Shown here in pieces: positions 55,063 through 58,484 of a DNA stretch of 58,484 bases. A program made the position numbers and the translations under genes. Position 1 is the first letter of the stretch; every line of letters starts with the position of its first letter. The notes under the pieces were generated by a model. It searched no databases and was not told the origin of the DNA. It worked only from the letters and a program-made list of their open reading frames with translations. The DNA comes from Pseudomonadota bacterium (GTDB taxonomy: Bacteria > Pseudomonadota > Gammaproteobacteria > Burkholderiales > Rhodocyclaceae): contig JBPOIN010000087.1 in assembly GCA_052034445.1 (NCBI GenBank), forward strand, positions 1-58,484. The letters are read 5' to 3'.

Positions 55063-55166
55063 GATTGGCTCCAAAAAACGAATTATAGCGTAAGCGCCTT
55101 GTCCTTCAGGGGGATTGGACCGGCATCTGGAGCCAATATGGAGGCTGGTCCTGTGCTTTCAAGTCG

Positions 55167-56036
55167 TTAGCTGATCTGCAGGTACAGCTGGGTCAGCGGC
55201 TTGCCCCAGAACAGCGCGATGATGCCGGCTGTCGCGAGATAGGGGCCGAAGGGAATCGGCACATCGCGGCCATGGCGGGTAAAGGCAATCAAGCTGATGC
55301 CGACGACAGCGCCGACCAGCGAAGACAAAAGGATCGTCAGCGGCAACATCTGCCACCCCAACCAGGCGCCAATGGCAGCCAGCAGCTTGAAATCGCCGTA
55401 ACCCATACCCTCCTTGCCGGTCGTTAGTTTGAACCCCCAATACACGCTCCACAACGCCAGATAGCCGGCAATGGCGCCAAGCACGGCGCTTTGCAGAGTG
55501 GTAAACACCAGTCCCAGATTGAAAATCAGACCAGCCCACAGCAGCGGCAGGGTTATATCGTCCGGCAGCAGCTGGGTGTCAAAATCGATGAAAGTCAGCG
55601 CAATCATGGCCCAGATGAACAGCAACGCCCCGGCACTCGCCAGGGTAAAGCCGAACTCCCAGCCCGCATAGGCCGACAGCAGGCCCGTGAGCGCCTCGAT
55701 CAACGGATAACGCATGGAAATCGGCGCCTGGCAACTGCGACAACGACCGCGCAAAATCATCCAGCTGAGGATCGGGATGTTTTCGAGCGCACTGATCGGA
55801 TGGCCGCAATGCGGACAGCGTGAACGCGGGGTTGCCAGGTTGAAACGATCCAGCTCGGGCTGCCCCCCCCCGGTCAGCTCTGCGCATTGAGCAGCCCATT
55901 CGCGCTGCATCATCTGCGGCAAACGATGGATCACAACATTCAGAAAGCTGCCGACCATGAGGCCAAGCAGCAAACACGCCATTGCCATGACGGCAGGCTG
56001 TCCCAGGGTTGCGGCAAGCTCGTTGGAGAGCATCAT
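55167..56036 (-). CDS. pilD: Prepilin peptidase / N-methyltransferase PilD
   Basis: GSFLNVVIHRLP, CPHC...CRSC, IDFDTQLLPD, GMGYGDFKL, IPFGPYLA. Confidence 0.95.
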   Translation of the reverse strand: MMLSNELAATLGQPAVMAMACLLLGLMVGSFLNVVIHRLPQMMQREWAAQCAELTGGGQPELDRFNLATPRSRCPHCGHPISALENIPILSWMILRGRCRSCQAPISMRYPLIEALTGLLSAYAGWEFGFTLASAGALLFIWAMIALTFIDFDTQLLPDDITLPLLWAGLIFNLGLVFTTLQSAVLGAIAGYLALWSVYWGFKLTTGKEGMGYGDFKLLAAIGAWLGWQMLPLTILLSSLVGAVVGISLIAFTRHGRDVPIPFGPYLATAGIIALFWGKPLTQLYLQIS

Positions 56037-56061
56037 GAATACTTTCTGCGCTTCGTCGCCA

Positions 56062-57297
56062 TTAACTCGCGACTGCGCCAAGCTTGAAGATCGGCAGGTA
56101 CATGGCGACCACCATGCCACCAATCAGGGTTCCCAGCACGACCATGATGATCGGCTCCATAAGGCTGGAAAGAGATTCCACGGCATCATCGACTTCGGCC
56201 TCGAAGAAGTCGGCCACCTTGCCCAGCATGCCATCCAGCTGGCCGGATTCTTCGCCGATGGAAACCATTTGAATCACCATGCTCGGGAAAAGATTGGTGT
56301 TCTGCATGGCCACCGTAAGGTTTTGACCGGTGCTGACCTCGGCCTTAATCTGCCGCGTCGCCAGCATATACACATGATTGCCCGAGGCCCCTGCCACCGA
56401 ATCGAGTGCTTCGACAAGCGGTACGCCGGCAGCGAACATGGTCGACAAAGTGCGAGTCCAGCGCGCGATCGTCGCCTTCTGCACGAGACTGCCAAACACT
56501 GGAAGTTTGAGCATGACGCGATCCATGACGATCTGCACAGGCACGGATCGTCGCCAGGCATAGATGAAGCCGTAGATTCCACCGCCGATGCCGCCAAAAA
56601 TCAGATACCAGTTATTCACAAAGGCATCGGACAAGGCGATCACCACCAGCGTTGGCGCTGGCAAGTCGGCGCCGAAACTTGTAAAAATCGACTTGAACTG
56701 CGGAATCACGAAAATCATGATGACCGCAGTAATGATGAAGGCCACGACGATGATCGCGATCGGGTAGAACAAAGCCGATTTGATCTTGCCCTTGATGGCC
56801 TGGATTTTTTCCTTATAGGTCGCCAGACGATCCAGCAGGGAATCGAGAATACCGGCCTGCTCACCAGCGCCAACCAGGTTGCAAAACAGGGCGTCAAAAT
56901 ACAGGGGATATTTACGGAATGCGGTCGTCAGGCTGGAGCCGGTTTCAACATCAGTTTTGATATCGGTCAGCAATTTGCCAACTGCCGCATTGCTCGCTCC
57001 CTTGCCGACAATATCGAATGCCTGCAACAAAGGCACACCGGCTTTCATCATGGTTGCAAGCTGACGGGTAAACAGCGTGATGTCCTTGTCGGTTACCTTG
57101 CCGCCCTTGCCAAGGCCCTGCTTCTTGATCTTGGTAACCATGATGCCTTGCCGCCGCAAGGTCGTCCGCACCAGAGTCTCGCCGCCCGAGCGCAGTTCCC
57201 CGCGCACGATCTTGCCGGTTTTATCCTTGCCCTCCCAGGCAAAATTGAATTCCTTAACCTGTGCAGACTTACTGTCTGCTCTGGCGGCAGTAGCCAT
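56062..57297 (-). CDS. pilC: Type IV pilus platform protein PilC (GspF family)
   Basis: FTRQLATMMKAGVPL, GEQAGILD, ALFYP, GEESGQLD, MEPIIMVVLG...MYLPIF. Confidence 0.93.
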   Translation of the reverse strand: MATAARADSKSAQVKEFNFAWEGKDKTGKIVRGELRSGGETLVRTTLRRQGIMVTKIKKQGLGKGGKVTDKDITLFTRQLATMMKAGVPLLQAFDIVGKGASNAAVGKLLTDIKTDVETGSSLTTAFRKYPLYFDALFCNLVGAGEQAGILDSLLDRLATYKEKIQAIKGKIKSALFYPIAIIVVAFIITAVIMIFVIPQFKSIFTSFGADLPAPTLVVIALSDAFVNNWYLIFGGIGGGIYGFIYAWRRSVPVQIVMDRVMLKLPVFGSLVQKATIARWTRTLSTMFAAGVPLVEALDSVAGASGNHVYMLATRQIKAEVSTGQNLTVAMQNTNLFPSMVIQMVSIGEESGQLDGMLGKVADFFEAEVDDAVESLSSLMEPIIMVVLGTLIGGMVVAMYLPIFKLGAVAS

Positions 57298-57370
57298 AAT
57301 CTTTGCCTCCGGTCATTTCGTTGTCTTCGCCTGCATATTCATCGGACGGGAGCACGCTTGGAAATCAGCC

Positions 57371-57386
57371 AGCAAATCACGCGCCA
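57371..57386 (-). promoter_or_regulatory. Sigma54 (-24/-12) promoter upstream of pilC
   Basis: Minus strand TGGCGCGTGATTTGCT with exact GG-N10-GC spacing, about 74 nt before the ATG. Confidence 0.65.
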
Positions 57387-57862
57387 CAGTATTTGGGACA
57401 ATGAGCGGTTACCTGTCGCAACCGCCGATCCTGCGCAGGCTGCGCAGAATTGTAAATGAAAGCCTCGGGGAAAGGGTCATCTTGGAAACCGATGAAAGTC
57501 ACTGCCTTCACGCACCTGCCGGCGCTCCCCCCATCACTGCCATCGTGACGATTATTGAGTCGACCCCAATGAACTCGAATCAAACCGCATATTTCACTGA
57601 GCCATGTTGAAAGTAACGACGCACACGTTCGGGTTGTTTCTGCAAACTACACAGATGGCGCGAAGCAATCTTGTGCGGCAGTCCCGTTTTTCGGACGTCG
57701 GGTCAAGCTAAAGCCAACCGACTGAAAGGAACGAGAAGCATGGGAACGAAACGCAAACAGAATAGTGCGAAATTCAAGACGGCGGATTTTGATCTATTGG
57801 CATTTATCGTCGCAGTAAGATTCTCGAGGAAGAGCGACCAGTCAAGCCGCATTTTTATTTGG

Positions 57863-58387
57863 TTAAACTGCACCAAACAGCCGGCCAGTTGGAGCTGCCT
57901 GCGTTTGTCCGTCAGGACCGTAGAGTGTTGCCCGGTTGGCGGCTTCGAGGAGCGCACTCAAGATTTGTTGATTGTGCTGTAGGCGGGTGTTGATCAACTT
58001 GCCGTTGATTTCGTTGATCTCGCGTGTCTGGCGAACCAACTGGAGCAAGTCCTGCCATTCTTGTAAACATGTCTCCGAGGCAGTTTTCGTCGCCAGCCAA
58101 GATTCCATACCGGCGCGACCGGCCGGTAACATTGCCCCGGCCAGCAATTCATGCCTCTGTTCCAGAAATTGATTAAGCTGAGCAACCAACGCTGATTTTT
58201 CTTGGGCAAGCGTGGGCAATAATTCTATTGTGCCAGAGACTAATGCTTGCTGCTCCTGCTCAAGTTTCTTGAGAAACTCCCGTAAAGTTCCGACTTCCCT
58301 TCTGACGAGGTCGCCAAGTCGAACGCTATAAGCGTCTGCAGATGAATTAACCAAAGGCTCTTCTCGTGAATTGCGTGGGTGGCTCAT
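57863..58387 (-). CDS. flgN: Flagellar export chaperone FlgN (true start may be TTG at 58354)
   Basis: EQQAL, N..NGKLI, ILSAL, and C-terminal LYGPDG motif typical of betaproteobacterial FlgN. Confidence 0.85.
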   Translation of the reverse strand: MSHPRNSREEPLVNSSADAYSVRLGDLVRREVGTLREFLKKLEQEQQALVSGTIELLPTLAQEKSALVAQLNQFLEQRHELLAGAMLPAGRAGMESWLATKTASETCLQEWQDLLQLVRQTREINEINGKLINTRLQHNQQILSALLEAANRATLYGPDGQTQAAPTGRLFGAV

Positions 58388-58484
58388 GTAGCGAGCCCGT
58401 GTGAGAGGAAACTGGCGTCATAGCGCGAGAGCGTGGACACCAGGAGAAGGCGATGCGAAAGCGGGAGATAGCGAAACTGACGGC

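Noticed and set aside
57400-57860. c-di-GMP riboswitch, 6S RNA or small ORFs upstream of pilC
   Set aside because: Could not match the conserved cores by eye, and the ORFs lack RBS or motifs; left as unexplained regulatory DNA.
58388-58484. 3' end of flgM
   Set aside because: No recognisable FlgM C-terminus in the last 97 nt; it may lie beyond the window.

Overview
A GC-rich betaproteobacterial chromosome segment; a Rhodocyclales/Sterolibacteriaceae-like origin is inferred from gene order and protein style and is not verified. It is mostly core genome, in this order: serS (partial), mltF, tRNA-Ser(CGA), bamC-dapA, a MoxR-DUF58-TgpA-MltB operon, surE-pcm-nlpD-rpoS, flhDC-motAB, a frameshifted ygiQ, a partial anthraniloyl/salicylyl-CoA (abm-type) catabolic cluster, rhlE, pntAB, corA, two dihaem cytochromes c4, engB-hemB, argB-slmA, hsp20, aspS-RNase-barstar-nudB, pilC-pilD and flgN. 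I saw no CRISPR array, integrase, transposase or prophage. The most notable items are: (1) a stand-alone exported ~1,316-aa PDZ/WD40/caspase-family protease with an intact His-Cys dyad, lying downstream of tRNA-Ser and next to a CGTC/dRS3-type palindrome; (2) an unannotated ~124-nt minus-strand sRNA (anti-hemB-like) with two anti-Shine-Dalgarno loops and a sigmaE-type promoter between engB and hemB; (3) an HDOD-receiver-GGDEF cyclase with an Asp-to-Glu phosphoacceptor directly upstream of flhDC; (4) an arylformamidase-like protein lacking its catalytic Ser; (5) a sigma54 promoter in front of a pilCD pair that lacks pilB. All calls come from reading the sequence and recognising motifs; no database searches were run.
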